In this document: piece by piece, positions 9,935-19,636 of the stretch
Layout: each line of letters opens with the position of its first letter
Numbering within the stretch: position 1 is the stretch's first letter
Source: Candidatus Bathyarchaeota archaeon
Lineage (GTDB): Archaea; Thermoproteota; Bathyarchaeia; Bathyarchaeales; Bathycorpusculaceae
Length of the DNA stretch: 64,000 nt
NCBI GenBank assembly: GCA_963777155.1
Contig: CAVZPM010000002.1
Coordinates: 1-64,000 of the forward strand
Reading direction: 5' to 3'
The notes under the pieces: generated by a model
The model's input: the letters and a program-made list of their open reading frames with translations, nothing else
Database searches by the model: none
What the model was told of the DNA's origin: nothing
Made by a program: the position numbers and the translations under genes

Positions 9935-11896
9935 ATGGGGACTTGTGAAGAAAAACCAGAGAAAGAAACTGTAGTAGGCGAAGAGACAGAAAACAGGCGG
10001 ATCATAGTAGGGTTCGCTGTTTGGTTAGGTGTAACTGTACTAGTCAGCGGTTCATTGGACTTATTTGCTAAGGGGGTGCCGCTTGGTATTACTATTCCAC
10101 TGTTGAATGTTCCTGCAACTTTATCTTTAATTTTCTACTACACTGCCATCTTGACAGCGGCTATCTACATCGGAGTTATAGGCCTAAAGGAACTGTTAGT
10201 TGAGAGACAGTTCAGCGTCGAATTTTTAATGGCTGTCGCAGGTTTAGGAGCCCTCTACCTTGATTACCGCTTTGAAGCCGCCACGGTGCTTTTCTTGTAC
10301 AGTCTAGCCGAGTACTTTGAAGGCTACATTCAAGACAGGGCAAAAAGAACCGTGGAAAAAATATCCAAAGTCATTCCTGAAAAAGCCCGAGTATTAAGCT
10401 CTGGGATAGAAAAAAGTCTAGATGTAGCTGAGGTTGAAACAGGTGCCACTATCCTAGTCAAACCTGGTGAACGTATTCCATTAGATGGAAACGTGGTTGA
10501 TGGTTTTTCCCATGTGGACCAAGCTTTAGTCACGGGCGAGTCAGTGCCAGTTCCGAAGAGAGTTAACGACTGCGTGTTTGCAGGTACCCTAAACAGCTCT
10601 GGACCGCTTAAGATTGAAGTAACGAAGAAATCTACGGAGACCTTGGTTTCTAGGATTGTTCAGCTTGTAATCGAGTCTCAGAAAAGAAAAGCAAGTATTG
10701 AACGCTTAGTGGACAGGTTCGCCAGAATCTATGTACCAATAGTGATTGCATTAGCAGTTTTTACTGCCGTAGCCTTGCCATATCTTTTGGGAGGAACATT
10801 CCACACGTGGTTTTACCGTTCACTTATTTTGTTGGTGGTATCTTGCCCAAGTGCCTTCATAATCTCGGTTCCTGCAACCGTTTTTATTGCAATAACAATC
10901 GCTGCAAAGAGAGGTGTAATCATTAAGGGCGGAGTTTTCATCGAGAAACTCGCCAGAGTTAAACAGGTTGTCTTCGACAAAACTGGTACGTTGACGCTTG
11001 GACGACAAGCGGTACATGAAGTAAGGCGGGTTGACCTTTCAAAAGCTGAAGATGAAGCCATAACTTATGCAGCGGCACTCGACCAGTTCTCCAACCACCC
11101 CATCGCACAAGCCATTGTTCGCAGAGCCATGGAGCGAAACATTGACTTAAGCAAAGTAAAAGTAACCGACGTTGTAGAGGTCCCAGGTAAAGGCATAGTT
11201 GGCTTAGTCAACGAAAAGCATGTAGCCATCGGTAACCTGGAGTTTATGCGTGAACTTGGTTGCAACTGCACGGAAGCCTTTGAGATTGCCGAAGGAGATG
11301 TTCATACTGCTGTTTGTGTTTCTGTCGGTAAAGTCGGTTTAGCGGCGGTTTGTGTGGTTGATCAGGTCAGGGAAGACGCGTTAAAGGCGATTCGCTCTTT
11401 AAAGAAGAGCGGGGTCAAAACTGCAATGTTGACTGGGGACCGGGCTGAAATCGCCAACGATACTGCCCTTTCGTTGGGTATTGAAGAGGTTCATTCTGAA
11501 CTTTTCCCAGAGGATAAACTGCAATGTATCGAGGATATGAAGGGCAAAGAAGGTTTGGTAGCGATGGTCGGCGACGGAGTAAATGATGCTCCAGCGCTTG
11601 CTGCTTCAGACGTTGGAATCGCAATGGGTGCACACGGAGTGGATGTTGCCCTGGAATCAGCAGACGTCGTTTTGGTGAAAGATGAACTTGCCCAAATTCC
11701 CTACCTTCTAAAACTAAGTGAAAAAACAATGACCATAGCCAAACAAAATATTGCTGCTTCGCTGGTGGTAAAGTTGATTTTGGGCGCTTTAGGCTTGATG
11801 GGTTTAACGCCGTTGTGGTTCACAGTTGCTTCAGGAGACGATGGAGTAACTATGCTGCTTCTGCTAAATACACTTCGCCTTGAAAGAATAAAATAA
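9935..11896 (+). CDS. Heavy-metal-translocating P1B-type ATPase
   Basis: TGES, SCPS, DKTGT, HP and GDGVNDAP motifs. Confidence 0.93.
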   Translation: MGTCEEKPEKETVVGEETENRRIIVGFAVWLGVTVLVSGSLDLFAKGVPLGITIPLLNVPATLSLIFYYTAILTAAIYIGVIGLKELLVERQFSVEFLMAVAGLGALYLDYRFEAATVLFLYSLAEYFEGYIQDRAKRTVEKISKVIPEKARVLSSGIEKSLDVAEVETGATILVKPGERIPLDGNVVDGFSHVDQALVTGESVPVPKRVNDCVFAGTLNSSGPLKIEVTKKSTETLVSRIVQLVIESQKRKASIERLVDRFARIYVPIVIALAVFTAVALPYLLGGTFHTWFYRSLILLVVSCPSAFIISVPATVFIAITIAAKRGVIIKGGVFIEKLARVKQVVFDKTGTLTLGRQAVHEVRRVDLSKAEDEAITYAAALDQFSNHPIAQAIVRRAMERNIDLSKVKVTDVVEVPGKGIVGLVNEKHVAIGNLEFMRELGCNCTEAFEIAEGDVHTAVCVSVGKVGLAAVCVVDQVREDALKAIRSLKKSGVKTAMLTGDRAEIANDTALSLGIEEVHSELFPEDKLQCIEDMKGKEGLVAMVGDGVNDAPALAASDVGIAMGAHGVDVALESADVVLVKDELAQIPYLLKLSEKTMTIAKQNIAASLVVKLILGALGLMGLTPLWFTVASGDDGVTMLLLLNTLRLERIK

Positions 11897-11969
11897 GTTG
11901 TTTTAAGACGTCGGCCAAGGACTCATAGGTTTTTATATGAAAAATTAATAAGAGTTAAAAAATAGTCAA

Positions 11970-12479
11970 ATGAGCATGCCCAAAACTTATCCGAAGGCTC
12001 AGCCTAAAAAGAACAAACAGAAGAAACGTCTTAAGGACCAACCAAAACCATTTAACCTGCTGAAGAGCAAGTATTACTGGGTAACCCTGACTGCGGCTAT
12101 TCTTGTTTTTGCTGTTGCCGTTGGATTATTAATGCAGATCTCGTTGGGAGAAGAGCTATTGATTTTAGGCAGTATTTTGTCGATTTTGGGTTTGACCTTC
12201 TACGTTGGTTTCAAGTCTTCTGAGGGTTACAATAAACGTGCAACGTTCTTTTTTGTTGGAGCATCCATAGTTGGTTTCAGCATTTGGGCTGTGATGGTGC
12301 TTTCCTTCATGACAACAGGGGTTATGTCGCTAATTTCGAGTACGGTTGGTATCGACTTGTTTGCTGTCACGAGCTTTATAATTTGCTTGGTTTTAGGTGC
12401 ATTAGTCGGTGATTTGATAGGAAAAAATAGAGAAACTATAGGTCTACATGCTGAAAAAATTAGAAATAGACTGCTTTAG
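11970..12479 (+). CDS. Hypothetical membrane protein (about 4 TM)
   Basis: Basic N-terminus followed by hydrophobic helices. Confidence 0.65.
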   Translation: MSMPKTYPKAQPKKNKQKKRLKDQPKPFNLLKSKYYWVTLTAAILVFAVAVGLLMQISLGEELLILGSILSILGLTFYVGFKSSEGYNKRATFFFVGASIVGFSIWAVMVLSFMTTGVMSLISSTVGIDLFAVTSFIICLVLGALVGDLIGKNRETIGLHAEKIRNRLL

Positions 12480-12584
12480 CTTGCCAGAAAAAGGCGAATG
12501 AAGCAATTTTTTGTACTTTCCCCAGAAACTTTAAGAGCACAATCCCTCAGCATGTTCTAAGACCAACGTAAGGACCGACTAAAA

Positions 12585-13463
12585 TTGAAATTTGGAATAA
12601 TGACGCGGAACATGGAAGCCTGGAGCTCTACTCAAGTTCGAGAAGCCCTAACTAAACGAGGGATTCCATACGAATGCTTCACTTTCCCACGTCTTGTGGC
12701 AAGACTTGCTTACAGACCTTACTTTAAAGTCAATGGTACAAGTATTTTAGATGAATTAGATGCACTAATCATTCGCCCAATTGGACGCGGTTCATTAGAG
12801 GAATTGGTTTTCCGCATGGATATGCTCTACAAGCTTGAGCGCCAGGGATTCTACATGGTTAACCCGCCGACCGCCATCGAACACTGCGTCGACAAATATG
12901 ACATTTTAGCGCTTCTAGAAGACGTTGGTGTCCCTGTACCTCGCACTTTAGCCACCGAAAGCGTAAACGAAGCCATAAAAGCATTTCATGAACTCGGAGG
13001 CGACATAGTTGTTAAACCCATCTTCGGCTCACGCGGACAAGGAGCCACACGCGTAAATGATATAGACATCGCCGACACGGTCTTCAAAGCCATAACCTTC
13101 CACCATGGCGTTATCTACATGCAAGAATTCGTACCTCACGGAACCTCAGACATACGAGCCTTCGTTATCGGAGACCAAGTCGTTGCATGCATGCGCAGGG
13201 TAGCTACAGGATGGAAAACAAACTATAGTCAAGGAGCCAAACCGGCACCAGCAACGATCAGTAAAGAATTTGAGGAAATAGCTGTTAAGTCAGCTAAAGC
13301 AGTAGGCTGCAAGATTGCTGGCGTAGATATCCTTGAGGGACCAGACGGTCCTCGCATCGTAGACGTAAACAGCCAACCCGGCTGGAAAGGCTTGCAGGTA
13401 GTTGCAAAAGTTAACATTGCCGAAGAAATAGTCAACTTTGTGTTGACAGAACTGAAAAAATAA
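12585..13463 (+). CDS. RimK-family ATP-grasp alpha-L-glutamate ligase (MptN/CofF-like)
   Basis: VVKPIFGSRGQG, QEFV, DIRAFV, WKTNYSQG, GVDI, DVNSQPG. Confidence 0.88.
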   Translation: MKFGIMTRNMEAWSSTQVREALTKRGIPYECFTFPRLVARLAYRPYFKVNGTSILDELDALIIRPIGRGSLEELVFRMDMLYKLERQGFYMVNPPTAIEHCVDKYDILALLEDVGVPVPRTLATESVNEAIKAFHELGGDIVVKPIFGSRGQGATRVNDIDIADTVFKAITFHHGVIYMQEFVPHGTSDIRAFVIGDQVVACMRRVATGWKTNYSQGAKPAPATISKEFEEIAVKSAKAVGCKIAGVDILEGPDGPRIVDVNSQPGWKGLQVVAKVNIAEEIVNFVLTELKK

Positions 13464-14468
13464 TTACTTGCCTGACAAGAATCAGAGTGTAGGGGTCATC
13501 GGCGACCTGCGGAAACTGTGTTTCTTTTCCTTTCTTTATTAGAACCCGTTCCTTGTTTTCTTTAAATTCACCTAGAAAGTAAGCAGATAAGCCATACTTG
13601 GCTAATGAGGCAGTGACTTTTTCTTGCGCTTTAGGAGAAACAGCCGCCAAAATCGTACCCGTCGAAGACATTGACAACATTTGCTCATCTGTGAGGTTAA
13701 AGTGTTGTTTTAGGGCATAGACTTCCTTTGGGAAACGAGATTTTTTCCCAATCAACCCTTAACCCAACTTTCGATGCCTCAGCCAATTCGTTGAGAGCTG
13801 CCACAAACCCGCCTTCAGTCGCATCATGCATTGCATGCACGTCTTCAATTTCCGCAAGCTGAAGAGCCTCTCTTACACAGCTTTGCATGTGAACCAGTTT
13901 GGCGAGTTTCTCTTGTGTGTTAACTCCGAAGAGTTCTTGCGCTTCTTCCTTGTGAGTGAGTGAAAAGTTGGTTATTGTTTCTAAACCCAAGCGGTTTTGT
14001 GCACAAAATCAAATCACCTGCCTTGGCGTTTCCCGGCGTAATCAATTTTCGTGGTTCTACAGTTCCGTAAACCGTGCAGACACCGAGCATATCTTTGAGG
14101 CTGTCGTACATTCCTGTGTGTCCACGAACAATTGCAACGCCTAATTCGTCGACAGCTTGGCATGTTTGCTTCATGATTTTCTGGAAAACTTCTGGTTTTG
14201 TCCCTTTTGGTCCAAGGAGGTTTATTGTGCAGAATTCTGGTTTAGCCCCAAACAGCGCTACATCCGAAGCTGCATAATGTAATCAGAAGCCATCCAAACC
14301 ACTCTTCAGGCACTCCCAGTGCATGGGTCCGTTGCAACCGCCACGTACTTGCCATGTAAAAGATGGACTCCTGCATCATACCCAATCATGGGCGGAACGA
14401 TTACTCGAAAATCCTTCTTTATACAACTAAGCAATTTTTGGAGATCTTCGATTCGAAAGTTTCCCCAT
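13432..14468 (-). CDS. AIR synthase-related (PurM/HypE/ThiL superfamily) protein, several frameshifts
   Basis: Fragments MGKL.., GYDAGV, ATDP, SDVA.FGAKP, RGHTG, GDLILCTK, HAMHDATEGG spread over several frames. Confidence 0.8.
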
Positions 14469-14482
14469 ATTTCTCATTCTCC

Positions 14483-15038
14483 TTAAATATAAATTTTTAG
14501 TACCTTGCTTTTCTGTAGTAGGCCTATTAATAGCACTTATTATCATGTTCGGGTACGAGGTAACTTCCGTTGTAGACTGCTGAGTAAAGCATGGGCTCAT
14601 ACCTTCAGGCGCATATGAGGCAAAGATAGACGACGCCTGAAACAAAATGCAGATGAAGCGTCCTGTAATTCCAACGACGACGCCAGCGACTGGCACTTTT
14701 TGGAAGAACCCTGCAAATCCAAGCACACCGAACGGCAGTGTATAATCCAGAGCACTGAGGTAGAAAATGGGTTTGACGACAAATGACTGCGAGCTGCAAC
14801 AAACCCGAATACAGCGCCTGCGAATATACCAATTTTGGCTCCCGTCTTAAAGCGCAAGCCAAATTATAGGTACCATCCAAGGTGTAATTGAGCCTCCTTC
14901 GTGGCTAAAAACGAGTGACTGACATAAGCTAAGGCCCTGCCAACGCCACAAATATTGTTATTTCTGCGAGGATTTTGTTGGATTGTATGTTGTCTTTAAA
15001 TATTTCTTAGGGTTAGGTTCAGTATTGGTTGTGTTCAA
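14483..15038 (-). CDS. thiT: ECF-type thiamine transporter S-component ThiT, heavily frameshifted
   Basis: Fragments KILAEITIFVALA, GGSI, MVPIIWLA, GAKIGIFAGAVFG, LDY.LPFG.LGFAGFF, RFI.HFVSGV, SYAPEGMSP, YSAVYNGSYLVP; TPP riboswitch directly upstream. Confidence 0.8.
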
Positions 15039-15042
15039 GTTT

Positions 15043-15140
15043 GTTTTTCCCTCCGCCAGTATTACCTGGTTCAGGTTCCTAAGGGTCGACAGCAAACAGC
15101 CGTCCTCTCAGCCAGGTCACTTTCCCAGCTCCCCAAGAAC
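15043..15140 (-). ncRNA. TPP (THI-box) riboswitch
   Basis: Reverse complement GGGGAGCTGGG...CCTGGCTGAGAGGACGGC...GCTGTCGACCCTTAGGAACCTGAACCAGGTAATACTGGCGGAGGGA has the UGAGA, ACCC, ACCUGA, UAAU loop and GCGnAGGGA hallmarks. Confidence 0.92.
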
Positions 15141-15205
15141 TAATGGGATAATGTTTTTAGGTGATATTTTAGTTTTCCTACCCAAACACTAACGAGTTGA
15201 TTAGC

Positions 15206-17689
15206 ATGCAACCTATGCCTAAGGAATACAATTTTGCTGAAATCGAGCGGAAATGGCAGAGCAAATGGGAAGAGATGGGTATCTACCACTACGATTGGAA
15301 TGATAAGCAACGAGTGCCCTACAGTATTGACACGCCACCTCCTTACCCTTCGGGCGAACTCCACATGGGCAACGTCCTCAACTGGACATACTTTGACATG
15401 GTTGCACGCTACAAACGAATGCAAGGCTACAACGTGTTGTTTCCACAGGGTTGGGATTGCCATGGTTTAGGTATAGAAATCCAAGTGGAAAAGTCAAGAA
15501 ACATCCGCAAACGTGACATCCCCCCAGACCAGTTCCGGTCATGGTGCATCGAGCTTGTTGAGAAATACATCGCCATGATGAAGGAAGGCATCCTTAAAAT
15601 GGGCGCCAGCATTGATTGGACTACTGAATACAAAACGATGGATCCCGACTATTGGCGCCGCACACAACTTAGTTTCGTGTTGCTACACAAGAAAGGTTTC
15701 ATGTACCAGGGCACACACCCCGTTAACTGGTGTCCCCGAGATGAAACCGCGATCGCCGACGCAGAAGTTGACCACATAAAAAAGGAAGGCACCCTGCATT
15801 ATATTCGGTTCCATCTTGAAGGCAGCAGTGAATACCTACTAATTGCCACGTCACGCCCCGAATTTATTCCAGCATGCGTTGCTGTTGAAGTAAATCCAAA
15901 AGACGAACGCTACAGCAAGTACATTGGCAGAAAAATTTCTGTACCCCTTATGAACCGCGAAGTAACCATCATTAGTGAGGAATCAGTGGACCCGAGTTTT
16001 GGCACAGGCGTTGTCCAAATCTGTACTTACGGCGATAAAGAGGATGTAAAGACAGTAATAAAACACAAACTTCCCGTTATTCGACTCCTTACTGAAAGTG
16101 GAAGAATTAGCGAAGCTGGCTGTAAATACTCGGGTTTGTATGTTAACCAAGCGCGTGCAGCAATCGTTGCCGACTTAACAACTGCTGGACTGCTGGAAAA
16201 GACAGAAAAGATACAGCAGGAAGTGGGCGTTTGCGATCGTTGCAAAGCCCAAGTCGAAATTCTAGAGGTTAAACAATGGTTCATGAAAACCATGCCCCTC
16301 TCTGAAGCTGTGGAAAAAAATGCTAATGAGATTCCGTGGTATCCCGATTATATGAAAAACCGTTTGATCGACTGGACACGGGCTTTGGATTGGGATTGGG
16401 TTGTTAGTCGCCAAAGACTGTTTGCTACGCCCATTCCTGTTTGGTACTGCAAGAGCTGCGGAGAAGTTGTAGTTGCTGAGGAAAGCTGGGTGCCAATTGA
16501 CCCTCGAATGGAGAAACCTCGAATTGACAAGTGCCCCCGATGTGGCGGCGCCGATTTCACTGGGGAAACCGACGTGTTGGATACATGGATGGATTCCTCA
16601 ATCACATGCGCGGTCCATGCGGGCTGGCCAGACCGAGCTGACTGGAAGCACCTATTCCCAGCGAGTGTTCACCCATCAGGTACAGACATCATCCGAACTT
16701 GGGCATACTACCTCATGGTACGCCACCTAGCCTTGTTCGACCAGCGCCCTTTCAACAGCGTCCTCATAAACGGCATGGTATTAGGTGCAGATGGCAGAAA
16801 AATGAGCAAATCACTGAAGAATTACGTTGCAGCTCCAGAAGTTTTGAATAAAAGTGGTGCTGATGCAACTAGGCAGTGGGCTGCTGGTGGAGGAGCAACA
16901 GGTTCAGATATTCCTTTCCGCGCCCAAGATGTCGAATATGGCAGACGCTTTTTGGTAAAACTGTGGAACGTTACTGGGTTTGCAAGTAACCTCTTAGCAG
17001 ACTATAACCCCAAAGCCAATGCGGAAGTTGATCTGCAGCTACTTGATAAATGGATTCTCAGCAAAACGGAGAACTTGATTAAAAAAGTTACAGAAGCCTT
17101 CGAAAAATGCCAATTCAACATCGCAGTCGAAGAGATCCGTAACTTCACCTGGCACGTCTTCTGCGACTACTACATTGAATCAGTGAAGGATAGACTATAT
17201 CATCAAGAGGAGGAGAACGCACCGAAAAGGCGAGCTGCTCAACGGACCCTTTATGAGGTACTGTACAAAATTCTGCAGTTGCTAGCACCAATAACTCCTC
17301 ACTTAACTGAAGAAATCTATCAAAATATGTACGCTGATGATAAAGGTTTCAAAAGTTTACAGATAACCCTTTGGCCAAAGGTAGACAACGCCCTCGTCGA
17401 CGAGACAATAGAAGAGGAAGGAGATAAAGTGATGGCTTTAATTGAGGATGTGCGAAGAAAGAAAGCGGCGCAAAAGTTGCCATTAAATATTCCCGTTTTG
17501 TCCCTTGACGTCTACGCGGGAAATGAAACAAGCGCCAACCTAATCATTTCAAGCAAAGAAGATATTGCAGGGACTCTCAAAGTTGTAGGTAATTTTAACG
17601 TTATCCCCAAAGCTGGTCAAGGCCAAGAAGTGCCACAATTTCCAGGGGTAATTGCTGTTGCTATCTTCGGGGCGGTAACCAAGAAATGA
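15206..17689 (+). CDS. valS: Valine--tRNA ligase
   Basis: IDTPPPYPSGELHMGN, GWDCHGL, DW.VSRQR, KMSKS; archaeal type. Confidence 0.96.
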   Translation: MQPMPKEYNFAEIERKWQSKWEEMGIYHYDWNDKQRVPYSIDTPPPYPSGELHMGNVLNWTYFDMVARYKRMQGYNVLFPQGWDCHGLGIEIQVEKSRNIRKRDIPPDQFRSWCIELVEKYIAMMKEGILKMGASIDWTTEYKTMDPDYWRRTQLSFVLLHKKGFMYQGTHPVNWCPRDETAIADAEVDHIKKEGTLHYIRFHLEGSSEYLLIATSRPEFIPACVAVEVNPKDERYSKYIGRKISVPLMNREVTIISEESVDPSFGTGVVQICTYGDKEDVKTVIKHKLPVIRLLTESGRISEAGCKYSGLYVNQARAAIVADLTTAGLLEKTEKIQQEVGVCDRCKAQVEILEVKQWFMKTMPLSEAVEKNANEIPWYPDYMKNRLIDWTRALDWDWVVSRQRLFATPIPVWYCKSCGEVVVAEESWVPIDPRMEKPRIDKCPRCGGADFTGETDVLDTWMDSSITCAVHAGWPDRADWKHLFPASVHPSGTDIIRTWAYYLMVRHLALFDQRPFNSVLINGMVLGADGRKMSKSLKNYVAAPEVLNKSGADATRQWAAGGGATGSDIPFRAQDVEYGRRFLVKLWNVTGFASNLLADYNPKANAEVDLQLLDKWILSKTENLIKKVTEAFEKCQFNIAVEEIRNFTWHVFCDYYIESVKDRLYHQEEENAPKRRAAQRTLYEVLYKILQLLAPITPHLTEEIYQNMYADDKGFKSLQITLWPKVDNALVDETIEEEGDKVMALIEDVRRKKAAQKLPLNIPVLSLDVYAGNETSANLIISSKEDIAGTLKVVGNFNVIPKAGQGQEVPQFPGVIAVAIFGAVTKK

Positions 17690-18420
17690 AAAGGGTTGGG
17701 TTAATTGGCTGCGGCGCTATCGGAACAGTGCTAGCTGAAGCCATCGAGCGTAAGATAGTGGTCTGTGATGAACTGGTCATTTTTGATGTGGATGCGGCAA
17801 AAGCAGAGAAACTCAAAGACTCATTAAAATTCCCCGTAAAAATCATGCCGAACGTGGATGAGTTGCTTGCGTCCAAGCCGTCAATAGTTGTTGAAGCAGC
17901 ATCCCAGCAGGCCGTGCGAGAATACTACAAGAAAATTTTAGCGGCAAACATCGATTTCATCATCATGAGCACAGGCGCACTTTTAGATCTAAACACAAAT
18001 ACCCCTAAACTGCACTTTCCCTCAGGCGCCATCGGAGGGCTAGACGCGATCTCTCCTGCTGCTTTAGCTGGAATCAACGAAGTCACGCTGACTACCCGCA
18101 AACCCCCCAAAGCCCTTGGAAAAACCAATAGCCAAGAGGAAACCGTGTATGAGGGTTACGCAGAGGAAGCAGCAAGACAGTTCCCACGGGAAATGAACGT
18201 TGCAGCAACATTAGCCTTAACCGTTAAACCAGCCAAAGTGAAAGTGCAAGTGGTATCCGACCCAACCGTCGTACGCAACACCCACCAAATCCATGTTAAA
18301 TGGCGCTACGGCGAAATGACTATGCAGTTTGCCAACGACCCCCACCCAGACAACCCCCACACCAGCGCACTTGCAGCATGGTCAGCCATAAACCTTCTAA
18401 AATCACAACTAGAAAAATAG
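17686..18420 (+). CDS. nadX: L-aspartate dehydrogenase
   Basis: GCGAIG Rossmann motif, VEAASQ, SGAIGGLD, NPHTSALAA. Confidence 0.88.
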   Translation: MKRVGLIGCGAIGTVLAEAIERKIVVCDELVIFDVDAAKAEKLKDSLKFPVKIMPNVDELLASKPSIVVEAASQQAVREYYKKILAANIDFIIMSTGALLDLNTNTPKLHFPSGAIGGLDAISPAALAGINEVTLTTRKPPKALGKTNSQEETVYEGYAEEAARQFPREMNVAATLALTVKPAKVKVQVVSDPTVVRNTHQIHVKWRYGEMTMQFANDPHPDNPHTSALAAWSAINLLKSQLEK

Positions 18421-18760
18421 CAACACCAAAAACTTAGACATCTGTGGAAGTAGTTGAATAAAGCAAATACCTCATTAAAATCACCTAACATTTCCAAGGG
18501 AGCAAGCCAAAAATAAGAATAATAACTGTAAGGAGACTTGCATCAATATTCAAAAGGGAAATTCAGCATATCATTGGAGATGTTAGAAAATTTTGCAGAA
18601 GCTGCTTCTAGTTTTTTCTAGCAAAGTGAGCCAATCACATTGCAAATTTCAGGAAGTACGGCATTAAAATTGTGATTGTGACACATTTCTCGGGCTAGAT
18701 ATGATTGTTGCTGCGAATGCTTTTTGTCTGGCATCATGGATTAATAGGGATAGTGAATGT

Positions 18761-19636
18761 TTGGTGCCGTTGATTTCAAGCTTTGATCCATGGCGTTCAA
18801 GCCTATGCACATGCCCGCCTAAGCTGACGTTTAACCCATACACGGGTTGCGACCATCAATGCATCTATTGCTACGCATCAAGCTACATCCAAAACTTCAA
18901 AGAATGCCACCCCAAAAAAGACACCCTAGCAATACTGAAAAGAGAAGCCACCAAACTTAAAGGAGAAACCGTCTCATTAGCAAACTCGTCGGACCCCTAT
19001 CCACGAATTGAAGCAACTGAAGGTTTAACCCGACGGTGCCTCGAAGTTCTTGTGGAAAGTAACTGTAAAATTCAAATCATTACAAAAAGCAACATCGTAA
19101 CAAGAGACGACGACCTCCTTAGAAAAGTTCCCGCAACAGTTGCCTTAACCATTACCTCCGATGACGATTGTGTCGCCAGAACCCTTGAACCATTGGCTCC
19201 GTCGTCTTCCCAACGGCTTAGAGCAGCGCAGGACCTAACTAAAGCAGGTATTCCTGTCTCAGTGAGAATAGATCCCATCATACCCTTCGTTAATGACCAA
19301 CCGCAAAAACTAATCGCGGAACTGTCAAGCATCGGCATCAAACACGTAACTTGTTCCACATATAAGGCTAAAGCGGACAATTGGATGAGGTTAAGCCAAG
19401 CTCTACCCAAGGTGGCAGAACAACTTAAACCCCTATATTTTAAGCAGGGTGAACGAATCGGCGGAAGCACGCTGTTGCCTAAAGAGTTCAGGTTCAGACT
19501 CCTCAAAGGTATTCACGATTTAGCTAAGGTAAATGGGATGAAGTTTGGGGTTTGCCGGGAAGGCTTAGCCCAGCTAAATACAGCAAGTTGCGATGGTTCG
19601 TGGCTTATGCCTAAAGCAAAAGGAGGTTTAAGCTAA
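18761..19636 (+). CDS. Spore-photoproduct-lyase-like radical SAM protein
   Basis: FNPYTGCDHQCIYCYA, SSDPYP.E, IITKS, RIDPIIP. Confidence 0.85.
   Translation: MVPLISSFDPWRSSLCTCPPKLTFNPYTGCDHQCIYCYASSYIQNFKECHPKKDTLAILKREATKLKGETVSLANSSDPYPRIEATEGLTRRCLEVLVESNCKIQIITKSNIVTRDDDLLRKVPATVALTITSDDDCVARTLEPLAPSSSQRLRAAQDLTKAGIPVSVRIDPIIPFVNDQPQKLIAELSSIGIKHVTCSTYKAKADNWMRLSQALPKVAEQLKPLYFKQGERIGGSTLLPKEFRFRLLKGIHDLAKVNGMKFGVCREGLAQLNTASCDGSWLMPKAKGGLS

Noticed and set aside
14427-15192. Track ORFs 14427-14726, 14597-14857, 14605-14880 and 14983-15192 as separate genes
   Set aside because: The first three are pieces of frameshifted thiT; the last is antisense to the riboswitch
18421-18700. Possible gene remnant between nadX and the radical SAM gene
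   Set aside because: Only short stop-interrupted frames with no recognisable motif
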